Position numbers and translations under genes: made by a program | Notes under the pieces: model-generated | What the model was told of the DNA's origin: nothing | What the model saw: the letters and a program-made list of their open reading frames with translations, nothing else | Databases searched by the model: none | Shown here: positions 12,680 to 22,847 of the stretch, one piece after another | How the letters are laid out: each line of letters opens with the position of its first letter | Position numbering within the stretch: position 1 is the stretch's first letter | Source: Pelomyxa schiedti | Taxonomy: Eukaryota > Protista > Evosea | Length of the DNA: 64,000 bases | NCBI GenBank assembly: GCA_020536535.1 | Contig: JAHLWZ010000818.1 | Coordinates: forward strand, 49,666 to 113,665 | Reading direction: 5' to 3'

Positions 12680-13226
12680 ATGAAAGTTGCCTGGGTCGTG
12701 TTGCTTGCCTCGCTCTCTGTTTGCTGTGGCTCGGTTCAAAATGAAGTAAATGGTCTTTTTGGGGCCGCAGTTGAACCAACAACTGTAGGCTGCTTGGTCG
12801 CACGATGTTTCTAGAAGAACGATGTTTGCTGAATCAAGCGACTCACAAGAAGGCAGTTTTGGGGAGTGCCCAGATTCGTATGAATGCGAGTCTGGCAACA
12901 GTTGCTGTTGTGAGGAAATAAACGACGTGCAGTATTGTGCCACAACACCTGACGGGTGAGTTCCTGTGCCTCAAGTACACACAAATCTTCCATTATCTAA
13001 CCAGACTTTGCCCCAAAACAGGGAGTCCTGGTTGTGCATGGACACAACAACGTGGGAGTGCTGTGGATGCACAGAAGACTACTGTGTGGAGTGCAACAAC
13101 TCTGAGGGCTGGATCTGCGACGTAGATCTCGACGCAGAGCAGTACATCTGCGTGAGTGGTGCTTCTGTGTCCATTATATCCTCGCTCTTCGTTCTGTGTT
13201 GTCTGTGCCTAGTGGCCTTCATTTAA
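12680..13226 (+). CDS. Small acidic cysteine-rich secreted/GPI-anchored protein
   Basis: Reconstructed with 2 GT-AG introns: signal peptide MKVAWVVLLASLSVCCG, Cys-rich core (CPDSYECESGNSCCC...WLCMDTTTWECCGCTEDYCVEC...WIC...YIC), hydrophobic C-terminus after VSGAS. Confidence 0.7.
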
Positions 13227-13382
13227 ATAGGAAAATTGATTTCATCGAAATCTTTATCCTTCTTCCTTTTCTTTTTTTTTGACACGCGGACCGGCAACTT
13301 AAGGTGTCAATTCGAGGTGCTGTTCTGTGGGGCATCGTTTGTTTTTGTTGAGAAGGCAAAAGCAAGATCTAAATCGAAGAGG

Positions 13383-15433
13383 ATGAGGGGAGGGTCGTTG
13401 TTGGTGTTTGTGTTGGGGGCGCTGTTGGCCTTCGTCAGTTGTATCGAACTTCCGCAATACGACAACTCAATGGTGAACAAGCAGTTCTCTTTCGCCAAGC
13501 CGTTTCTCAGGGGTACCCTCTCATAACTCCACTATGCGCAATGTAATTTCTCGGAGCTGCTATATTAAATTATCCCTCTTGAAAAAAGGTCACGGGGCAA
13601 TACAGTATTGGAGTTTTGGAGGTACCACAGTTGTGACGGATGACTATATCCGGCTTACTCCGGCCAGCCCTTCGAGAGCTGGTTTCATTTGGACTATCTC
13701 TGTATGTTAAATTTGTCTGCCCTTGTTGTATTGATAGTTATGCTTTAAGCGGGTGAATCTGGAAGATTGGGAAGTCATTCTTGAATTCAAAATAAGTGGT
13801 GGAGGTAGATTGGGTGCTGATGGGTTTGCGTTCTGGTACACCCAGGAACCCATGAAAGAGGGTCCAGTTTATGGGTCTAAGGACTTTTGGACAGGCCTCA
13901 TGATTTCCTTTGATACATTTGATAATGACGGTCAGGTGTGCTTCCTCTTTTGCTTTAGTCACTAATGTCTCATCTGTATTAGAGGAACAATCCAGCTATT
14001 GTCGCAATAGAGAATGACGGAACAAAAAGCTTTTCTGCCGCCACAGATGGAATGGATTTGCAACTAGCAAGCTGCCAAGCCTACTTCCGCTCAACCTCCA
14101 AAAATACCAGAGCAAGAATACGATATGAAGGTTCCACAAACCGTCTCTGGGTATCAGCACTCTGTATCTTTATGCTGTGACATTAATTCAGGTGTGGACT
14201 GATAGCTATTTTGATAACAACTGGATCCTATGTATTGATGGGGAGTCTGTTGTTTTACCCCCTGGTTATTACTTTGGGTTAAGTGCTGCCACTGGTGCCC
14301 TTTTTGGTAGGACATAATCTTAATTTCTTTTCTTTCTTGTTCTTTTGGTCACATGTCACAGATAATCATGACATTTACTCTGTGACTACCTACAGTCTCA
14401 GACAGGTATGTCTTGCTGTATTTTTATATTTCTCTTATTCGATTACAGGCGGAACCCCTGGGCCAAGCACGCACGGGCCCTACACTTTCACCAGCATCAC
14501 CTAAACCCCCAATTTCCGTACGTGTAGCACCACAACAAGAACCTGAACAACCAGTGCCTCCACAACCAGTACCTCCACAACAAGTTAGAGGAGACCCGTC
14601 CACGCAACAAATGGATCCCTACTACTCGGTACTCTTTTTACTCCCGTTATCATATGACCTCTCTTCAGGCCATTTTGGACAAATTAAATAAATTAAAATC
14701 GGAAGGTTCTGAACAGATCCCACAAGAACGACAAGACTACCCTCCTCTCCCCCAATCTGTATTGACCAATAATTTTACTCTTCACCAACTTAATTCCAGG
14801 GTGAGACAAACGTAGAAAATTACCTGCAAAGTTTACTCTCTTCCTCATTAGAAGCATTCCAGGTATAGTTATATTCCTCTTCTTTTGGTATATTTGATGA
14901 AATCTAGAGACTTGAACAACAGCTTCTCTTAATTGTTGAAGTTCAACGAAAACTCGCGGAGTCCTCACTGACAGAGGCATACATGCAAACAGAACTTGAA
15001 GCTGTAGAACTTCATTTTTCTTCTATCAATGCCGCCAATACTCGTGCAGTCGAGAGTCTTACGTAAGCCCTTCCGCTGAATCTTTTTTCACCAAACAGTA
15101 CTCAGGAGTTTCGTTCAAGACCTGAAAACAAGTGCTGGAAGGATTGGTGAGATTGCTACAGCACAAGTTTCCCTTTTAAACACTATAAGACAGCAAACCG
15201 AGGTAAGCCCATATCCCGGCTCCACTGCATTCACATTCTTGTAGTCTCTTGCCCGTGAGACCAAATTGCTGAACGATAAAATCGGCTCCACTGCAGCCAA
15301 CACACTGCGTACCATAGAGAGTAGAACCTCTCTTGGATTTTGGGTGTTCTTTGTGCTCTTCCAAGTAGCCATTGTCGCCGCCTTGGTCATCTGGAAGAAG
15401 CTCCGCGACGACATTGCCCGAAAGATTATTTGA
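13383..15433 (+). CDS. L-type (legume-like) lectin cargo receptor, ERGIC-53/VIP36 family
   Basis: Signal peptide; DYIRLTPA, WEVILEFKISG, GADGFAFWY, GPVYGSKDFWTGLMISFDTFDND, GYYFGLSAATG, DNHDI; coiled stalk; C-terminal TM and short basic tail. Confidence 0.9.
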
Positions 15434-15528
15434 TGCCCATGAAAGACATTCCTCCTCCCATCCTTTCCATGTCCGTTATGTAGTAATTTTCTGCCAAATA
15501 ACAAAGCCACAAACAAAAACACAAACAA

Positions 15529-16584
15529 ATGGCCGCTGCCGATTCCACAAGGCACCGAGCCGGACTCAAGCTTGTGTGCATTTCTGACACACACAACAAA
15601 CACCAAACAGTCTCGTTCTCGCACCTCCCGCCTCCCGACGACTCCACCTTCGTGCTCCACGCAGGTGACTTTTGCAAATGGCCCAACACACAAGGTAAAA
15701 AAGGCCAAGGGAGGAGAATAGGGGGTTTTATATATGGGGGGTCAACAACAAAAAGGAGTGTGAGTTGGTGGGTCTTCTAGACACATGGGATGAATGACAC
15801 AGGGATAAAGAACAGGTTGTGGAGTTCAATGACTGGATGGGGAACGAGCCTTACCTGAGCCTGATACCTAGAGAACGGAAGCTTGTTGTTGTTGGGAACC
15901 ACGACCATCACCCGTTGGTTCCTTGGCGGGCTCCGTGGAGGGCTGTGAAGGACTTCAATTTCACACTGCTTGACAACCGGTCTGTGTTCTTTGATGTGCC
16001 TGATTTACCAGGTGATTTATTGATACACCTACTGGACTGACTGTAGAAATCTTTTTTTGTGTGTTCGTGTGCTGTGTGTGGCTAAGTTAGTTTGAGTTTT
16101 ACTTACTTGAGCGTTTTCGTTTGTGTCTTATGTTATACTGAAAGGTGGGTGGAATTCTATAGGATAAGCCACTCATTATGGTTCCAGAAGGTGCCAACAG
16201 AGTGCACTTCTTTGGTACTTCCTACCACAAGCCAATATTGTCATCATGGCAATCCATAATACCTTCAGACTGTGATATTCTCATCACTCACGCGCCCTGC
16301 CGATTTGGTTTGAACTCTATCTTAACCATATACCTCTCTAATTCACTGAATTCCAAGGAGACCGGCTTGCAGATGATGAACTGTGCCAAGCAGTTGCAAG
16401 GCTTGGCAGGCCTCATACACTTCCATTTAGAGTTTGCCTTTCTGGGCATGCACATGAAAGGCACTTTCTGGAGCAAACACCCTGTGTTCCCGGTGGGGAA
16501 TTACATTGGTGGATTGGGGCAGCAATGGGCCATCATCCCCCTCCTCTTGTTGTTGTCACACATACTGGTGTTGAGTACTTTTGA
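15529..16584 (+). CDS. Calcineurin-like metallophosphoesterase (MPPED1/2-like)
   Basis: VCISDTHNKH, LHAGDF, VVGNHD, ILITHAP and GHAHE metal-binding motifs. Confidence 0.85.
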
Positions 16585-16609
16585 TAGAATAAAAATAACT
16601 GAATTGTTT

Positions 16610-17911
16610 TTACATAACAAGACAACAACGGATTGTGTAGGTGTACTTCCTCGCTGGCTTTCTGTGTTGCCTGGGGCTGCGAGGTGGTGAGATTATTTTT
16701 ACAGTTTTTATGTGTTTTGGTGTGGATCCATTTGGGTTGGATAGTGTCATACTCCCTCTGGTGCGGTGGGGTGAGTCTGTAGTTTGCTTTGGAGAAGAGT
16801 GTGTAGATGGTTCTTTAAGCGGAACGAAAACGTAGTCTGGTGACAGAGGGTGTGTATTTTCGTCGGGGTCTTTGTTGGCATCAGTAACAGAAGCAGAAGT
16901 AGAAGCAGAAGCTGCATCGCCACTGCTAGAACTCAGTTGAAGGCGTGTGATAGTGGGTACTGAGGCGAACGCGATCGCCGATGTAGGGGGAGTGGAGGAA
17001 GCTGGAGCGGTTGTCATTGTGGGAGAAGGGGTGAGGCTGTGTGCCGCGGCGGCGCTGGAGACTCCACCAGGTGGTTCCCGTGCACTGTCAGAAGGACAGG
17101 GCGCCGGGGTTGTGGTGGTGGTAGTGGTGGTGGTATTCGAAGTATTTCCAGTGGCAGGCTGTGATGGTTTTCCGCTCGGATGAGGTGCTTCATCTTTAAT
17201 AACCTGGGTGGTGAAAAGGTGCTCTGGTAAGTGAATGGTACAATTTTACTAGGAAATAAAAAGAAAAAGCAAAAGTAAAAACTGTACCATTGCATTCACT
17301 GTGAATTTACCGGAATCGGACAATTCAGGGCAGTCGTTGAACGAAAGGGGCTCCCAAAGCCTGTGCCCATCCAAAGTGAAAAGCTGCGTCCTTTCAAACG
17401 GCATATGTTGGTCCCCAAATCGATCACACACTGCAGCCTTGAGATTGAGAAAGGTGTCCCCAATGGACATGTGCAAATTTACAACTTGGCGCCCCTCGCT
17501 GCCTCCCAATCCGCCAGCCTCCGTGGACTGAGGCTGAGACTGAGAGGAATCATACTGGACCAATACAGTGATTTCACACATGTGCTTGACCTCAGGCTGA
17601 TCGTCGACGTCGGAATTGTAGCCGACAAGAGACGTGAGGTTGAGTTTGGCTTGTGGGAGATTTTTGTGTTGAGGGGGAGAGGGCGTGACGACAGTGGGGT
17701 TTGGATCGACGTCGTCGTCGTGGGGGGCTTGTGGGGGGCTGAGGGTGGGCGACTTGAGGATGGGAGGAGAGGAGTCGTGGCTGGGGATTATGGGTGGTGG
17801 GCCAGTGGGGGAGGCACCGTCGGGCTCGGAGGGAGTGGGCGAGATTATGGGACGAGCAAGGAGGTGCCCCGAGGGAGACGACGTCACGCCCTCGTTGGTT
17901 GTTGTGGCCAT
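16610..17911 (-). CDS. Ubiquitin-like-fold protein with Pro/Ser-rich flanks and C-terminal CaaX
   Basis: EITVLVQY...VVNLHMSIGDTFLNLKAAVCDRF...QLFTLDGHRL is a beta-grasp pattern; one phase-0 intron; ends RKPARKYTYTIRCCLVM*. Confidence 0.6.
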
Positions 17912-18392
17912 GCCCAAAAGGAAATAAAAATAATTAAAAAAAAAAAAGGGTTGTACAACAGGTATGATGGTCCCACCACCAACAAAAAAACAGGAAAGAC
18001 GGGAGGAGAAAACCAAAGAGGAAAAAAAAGTTGTAATTTTTGTTGGATCAAAAACGGACAATTTCGGGCCTTCTTTTGTTTTGCTTTGTAGCCTTCCTCA
18101 CCTTTTTTTGGACGTTTTCGTCTTATCCTAATGGCACTTTATCTTCAGATCAAGTACAACGTGATATTTCACGGGCGTCTGCAAAACCTGAGGGGAGGCC
18201 ATTGGTGGGAAGCACTTCCCACAACGCGTGTGTGTTTCTCTCCTCGTTGTTCAGAGTACATTCGAGATTTTAGTGCAGAAGTGATGATCAAACCATTTCC
18301 CCACACTCTTCGAACCAAGTGTCAAAACAAGTGTAATTTTGTTGAAGAGGCGGCCGTGAAGAGGTCCTCGAAGATCCTACAGTCTCATCGTT

Positions 18393-19536
18393 ATGAGTTT
18401 TCCGTACGAGTACATCTTCAAGTATATTGTGATCGGTATGTTTGTCTGGTGCATTCTCGTGTGTTTGTTGCTGATGATGATTTTTTTTTTCTTTATATGC
18501 ATAGGAGACACTGGCGTTGGGAAGAGCTGTTTGTTGCATCAATTCACTGAAGCGAGATGTTGATTTCCCCTCTCTTTGCTTCTCTGCAATATTCTTCCTA
18601 TATATTTCGATATACCTTACTTTTTAACTGAAGATATTTGTGCAACCTAACACACAAACAAGTCGTGGGAGATTGTCAACATACTATTGGTGTTGAATTC
18701 GGTACTAGAATAGTTGACGTTGATTCTAGGAAAGTCAAACTACAAATTTGGGTACCGTTTCTCTTTTTCGTAGTGGATCGTAACAATAACAGGATACTGC
18801 TGGACAAGAAAGATTCCGGTTGGTTTGTTGGCCAACACTTTTCTTTTCTTCGGTAGTTACAATTTTCCTGCAGGTCTGTATGTAGAGCTTACTATCGCGG
18901 AGCTGTAGGTCACTGTTTTATCTTATTGTCTTAGTTCCTCATCTCTATTTCTCCACCCTTCTTTTTATTAGGCGCCCTTTTATGTTATGATACTAGCAGG
19001 TCTACTTCTCCATTTCCCGTTTTTCGTCTTACGGAATATCTGTTGAACAGGCGGGACACCTTCAACAATATATCCAGTTGGTTGTCTGATGCCCGCAGCT
19101 TGACAGGTATTTCTGTCAGTGGACCCTCCTAATATCACAAAGGAACACACACTGTTATAATGCTCATTGGTACAAAAACTGACCTTCTAGAACAACGACA
19201 AGTCTCATACGACGAAGCAAGACAGTTCGCTGAGGATAATGGTACCCTGCTCGCACATGTCTTCTTTTTCCTCACTGCAAATAAGGATTAATGTTTGCGG
19301 AAACGAGTTCGAAAACGTGAGTGTGCAAAGCAATTAACATTATTTGAAAACATTTTCAAATACAGAGGTGAAAATGTTGAAGAAGCCTTTCTGCAGACAG
19401 CATATACTATATACCGAAATATTCTGGAGTGGTAAGAAACTATGAAGAACTAAACCCAAAAACACTTACTCCTCAAAGTACGGAGCCTGATCAACCCCCT
19501 CTGCCACCCAAGAATGAAAATAGTGATTGTTGCTAG
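18393..19536 (+). CDS. RAB14: Rab GTPase, Rab14 subfamily
   Basis: [77 protein letters not shown]; ends DCC*. Many short introns. Confidence 0.9.
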
Positions 19537-19729
19537 AACACCTTATGTAACTTTTTGTTAAATGCCAATAAAAAAAAACAGAAACAAAACAATACAACTA
19601 TTCTTCTTTTTTCTGATGTTTACACTGAACTTTCTTTCCCTCCCATCCCCGCTCTACATAGTACAGTACAGCACACACCCTTCTTTAGGGTCTGGAAATC
19701 CAGTCGTTTAGTGACAGCCATTCCTTCCT

Positions 19730-22709
19730 TCATGTGCCACTTTTCTCGGTGGTGTCTGAGCGCCGTAGTTGCACCACAGGGCGGGTGTTTATCTGCCGCT
19801 GAAGTATCTGGGGTGTGCTGCATGCCGTGATGGATGCAGGGGGTGGTGTGGCTGCGGCATTGGCATGGTCTTGGTTTTTCATGTGGTGTAGCAGTGATGC
19901 AACTTCCTCAAAGTTGGGTCTGTCATCGGGATTCTCGGCCCAGCAGGTTCGGATCAGCTTTTGTTTTGTTATGTTATGATTGGCAGTTTGCTGGGAATTT
20001 GAAAGTACCTTGAGGAACAGTACGGGTGGTGGTGCAAAGTCACTACTCTCAAAGTCCCAAAGGGGACGGCCACCCTCTCTGACATATGTTTCTATTTCAT
20101 GTTCGTACTTGAATTCCGCGTAGGGAATCTGTAGCTTGGATATTTCCCATAGAACAATACCAAAGCTGTACCTGGAACAATGTTATTTGAGAGTGTGACT
20201 GGGTGCCACATACACGTCAGCTTTTGCTGTGTATTCTCCCGAGTTTCGTAGTACCTCAGGGGCGCTCCACCTCACTGTACCGAGAGTCTTTGACATGATT
20301 GTCCGTATATGTGTGGAAATTCCTGTGAACATGATAAGGTCACAAAACTGTCGTGATTGGCATTACCGAAATCTTTTGGGTATTAGTAAGCCTGTGAATT
20401 TTGAGAAAAAAAGAGGATACCAGCTATTTTTGCAGTCAAAGTATCGTCTATTAGAATATTGGCTATAATATTTTCGTTGTTATAGAGAAGTGCATAGAGA
20501 AGGAAAACAAACCACTCTTTAGATCGCGATGCATCAGAGGGGGGGTCAAGGAATGAAGGTATTCCTGAATAAAGTTATAAGGTGAATGACTCAGTTTTTT
20601 CACACCATCCCAAGGGCCGAATCCAAAGCAATTTGAAGTCGAATTGACCAGTCCCATAGTTTTTTTGTTTGAGTCTGAATGACATCAAACAAGCTTCCAT
20701 TTGCAGCAAGCTCAGTCACGATGCTCAATGGAGGGGTAACGGTGGCTCCAATGAAGAGAACAATATTTGGATGCCGCAAGGACCTTCTATGATAAGATGG
20801 AAAATTGGAGATGTTGAGACGAACTGTAAAAGGGAGACTTCTTTTCGAAAGCTCTCTACACTCCCATCAGATATATTAGCTTCCACAAACGTTTTGACAG
20901 CCACAATTGAATGCTGTGCAAGTTCAATAAAAATTTCAGGTAGGAGATTAGAAACCCGGTAGTAAGCCTTGCTTACAACTCCAGAGGCACCCATGGCTAT
21001 TGGTGGGAATACAATTTTTAGATCCTTGTGCTCAATAACAAAGCCACCAAAGTCCAGTGTAACCTCGGTTTTAAATCCTAGCTTATGTAAGAGATTGATG
21101 GAGCAGTGCGTAAAACTACTATTGTTTTCTACAAATATTTGTGGTACGGTTTCATCTTGTTGTATCTTGTTCTTCCTCTTGACAAATATAACTGATAATA
21201 CGATTCCCTTGTTCAAGTCAAGAATTCCAATTGCAGAGGTAGTTATACCAATAATAGGATCGCACAGAAACATAAAGCAGAAGGGACAGCAATCCAAACA
21301 ACAGGTAATGGAGTAGCAGAGCAATTAGGTAGCCACTGTGTCCATACGTCAACATTCTGTTTCACCCAATAACATGCAGCTTCCTCGATACTGCACTGTT
21401 TCTAATTGAAGTTGGAAACATTTCATGCGGAAACACCTGTAGAGTACCGCTTTTGCCAGCATTTGGATTTGGTCGTTATTTGTATAACTGAACTTCTGTA
21501 AGAGATAATATGCAGATGGTGACTTCCTCTGCAAAAATGGGGAAAGCACTTTCAGTAGGACATCTCCTGGGTAATCACAATAGATTCCTCCCACAGCTGC
21601 TCTTGAATAGCATTCCACTGTTACCTTTATATTGAGTGCCATGCTTTAGTTTTGTGGAGTTGAATACCGCTATAAGGTGGCAGTGAAACACGAGTCAAAT
21701 CATACTCCGTAAAAATATAATGGGGTGTCCACCAATAGAAGAGTGCGGGTGTTGGTAGTGCAATACGGGAAAGCATATCCGCTTCATCTTTGACCCTTGA
21801 GATACTCAGAGGGTACCGGTTGTTGGTGATAATATCTCCATCGTAGCTTTTCTATAAAATCGTCAAGAAGTGGCACAAGTCCAAGCGCTTACCCAATCGG
21901 GTGGGCCTTCAAGTAGGGTATCATTAAAAACTGACGAGACCTGGGCTATTTCTATTGTACTGAGTGCAGACCAGTCTCGTGCATTTGGCCAGTCTGTAAG
22001 AACAAACGATTGGAAGTACCATCCTGAAATCGGTGAATAAAACGCTGTGGACAGCATTTAAAAAAAAACCTATTTGGCCAATCACTCCAAGAGGGGAAGA
22101 TTGCAGGAATCCTGAAGAAATGTATTCATAGATACTGGCTTTATTGTTCTCGGTCCTGTGAAAGTGTGAACATTGACAGCGGTGTCAACATATTACCATA
22201 ATTCAAGGCATACATCAAGCTGGCTGTTGTTCAAGAGCGAAAACATTGCATACTCATCTAAAACAAGAATTTGAAAATAAAGCATAATGGTCAGGACAAA
22301 GTTTTGATTCGAATCCTCCTGGCACACCAATGTCAACGATGTTGACACTGACATCTAGGATTTGTGTGAGTAGAAGCCTGGCCACTTCCACATTAAGAAA
22401 ACTAGAATCCCACGCCTGCCGTGCAATAGCAACACCACCTTGACTTGAAAAAGAAATAAAACGTGTGAGTTTTCAGCTGAACTCGCAAACGATACCCAGA
22501 CCATAAGTGGGGTTCCCAAGATACCCGTTTGAATCAATTTGGACAGTGCACGAGGGCTTGGGCACCACGCACTCATAGGGCACCGGGCCGCAATCGTCCT
22601 GGTCATCGTCGTCGCCGCCATCACCGTCCCCGCACCGCACAAGCTGCGTGCACAGCAGCAGAAACAAGCCCAACGCAACAACCTCCACACCAACTTTCCT
22701 TCCGATCAT
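19730..22709 (-). CDS. Receptor-type (signal peptide + TM) tyrosine-kinase-like protein kinase
   Basis: Signal peptide; Cys-containing ectodomain; TM followed by KRKNK; GASGVV, VAVKTF, LRHPNIVLFIGA, HRDLKS, spliced DFG, GTVRWSAPE, DVYSFG, CWAENPDDRP. Confidence 0.88.
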
Positions 22710-22847
22710 TTGTTGTTGTGTGTCTCCGTTTGGGGTGCGGTGATGTGTTTGACGTGTGGACAACGGGGAAAGTTTGTTTCACTGATCAATGAACCTAACA
22801 CGGAGGATCTTTGGTGAGCTTCCGTGGTGTTGCTGGTATCCACTCAA

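Noticed and set aside
18131-18550. 139-aa ORF overlapping the Rab14 start
   Set aside because: No recognisable motif, and it runs through a Rab14 intron in another frame.
20373-20420. Intron beginning GTATCCTC, close to the U12 donor consensus
   Set aside because: It mismatches RTATCCTT and has a U2-type TACTAAT branch rather than TCCTTAAC.
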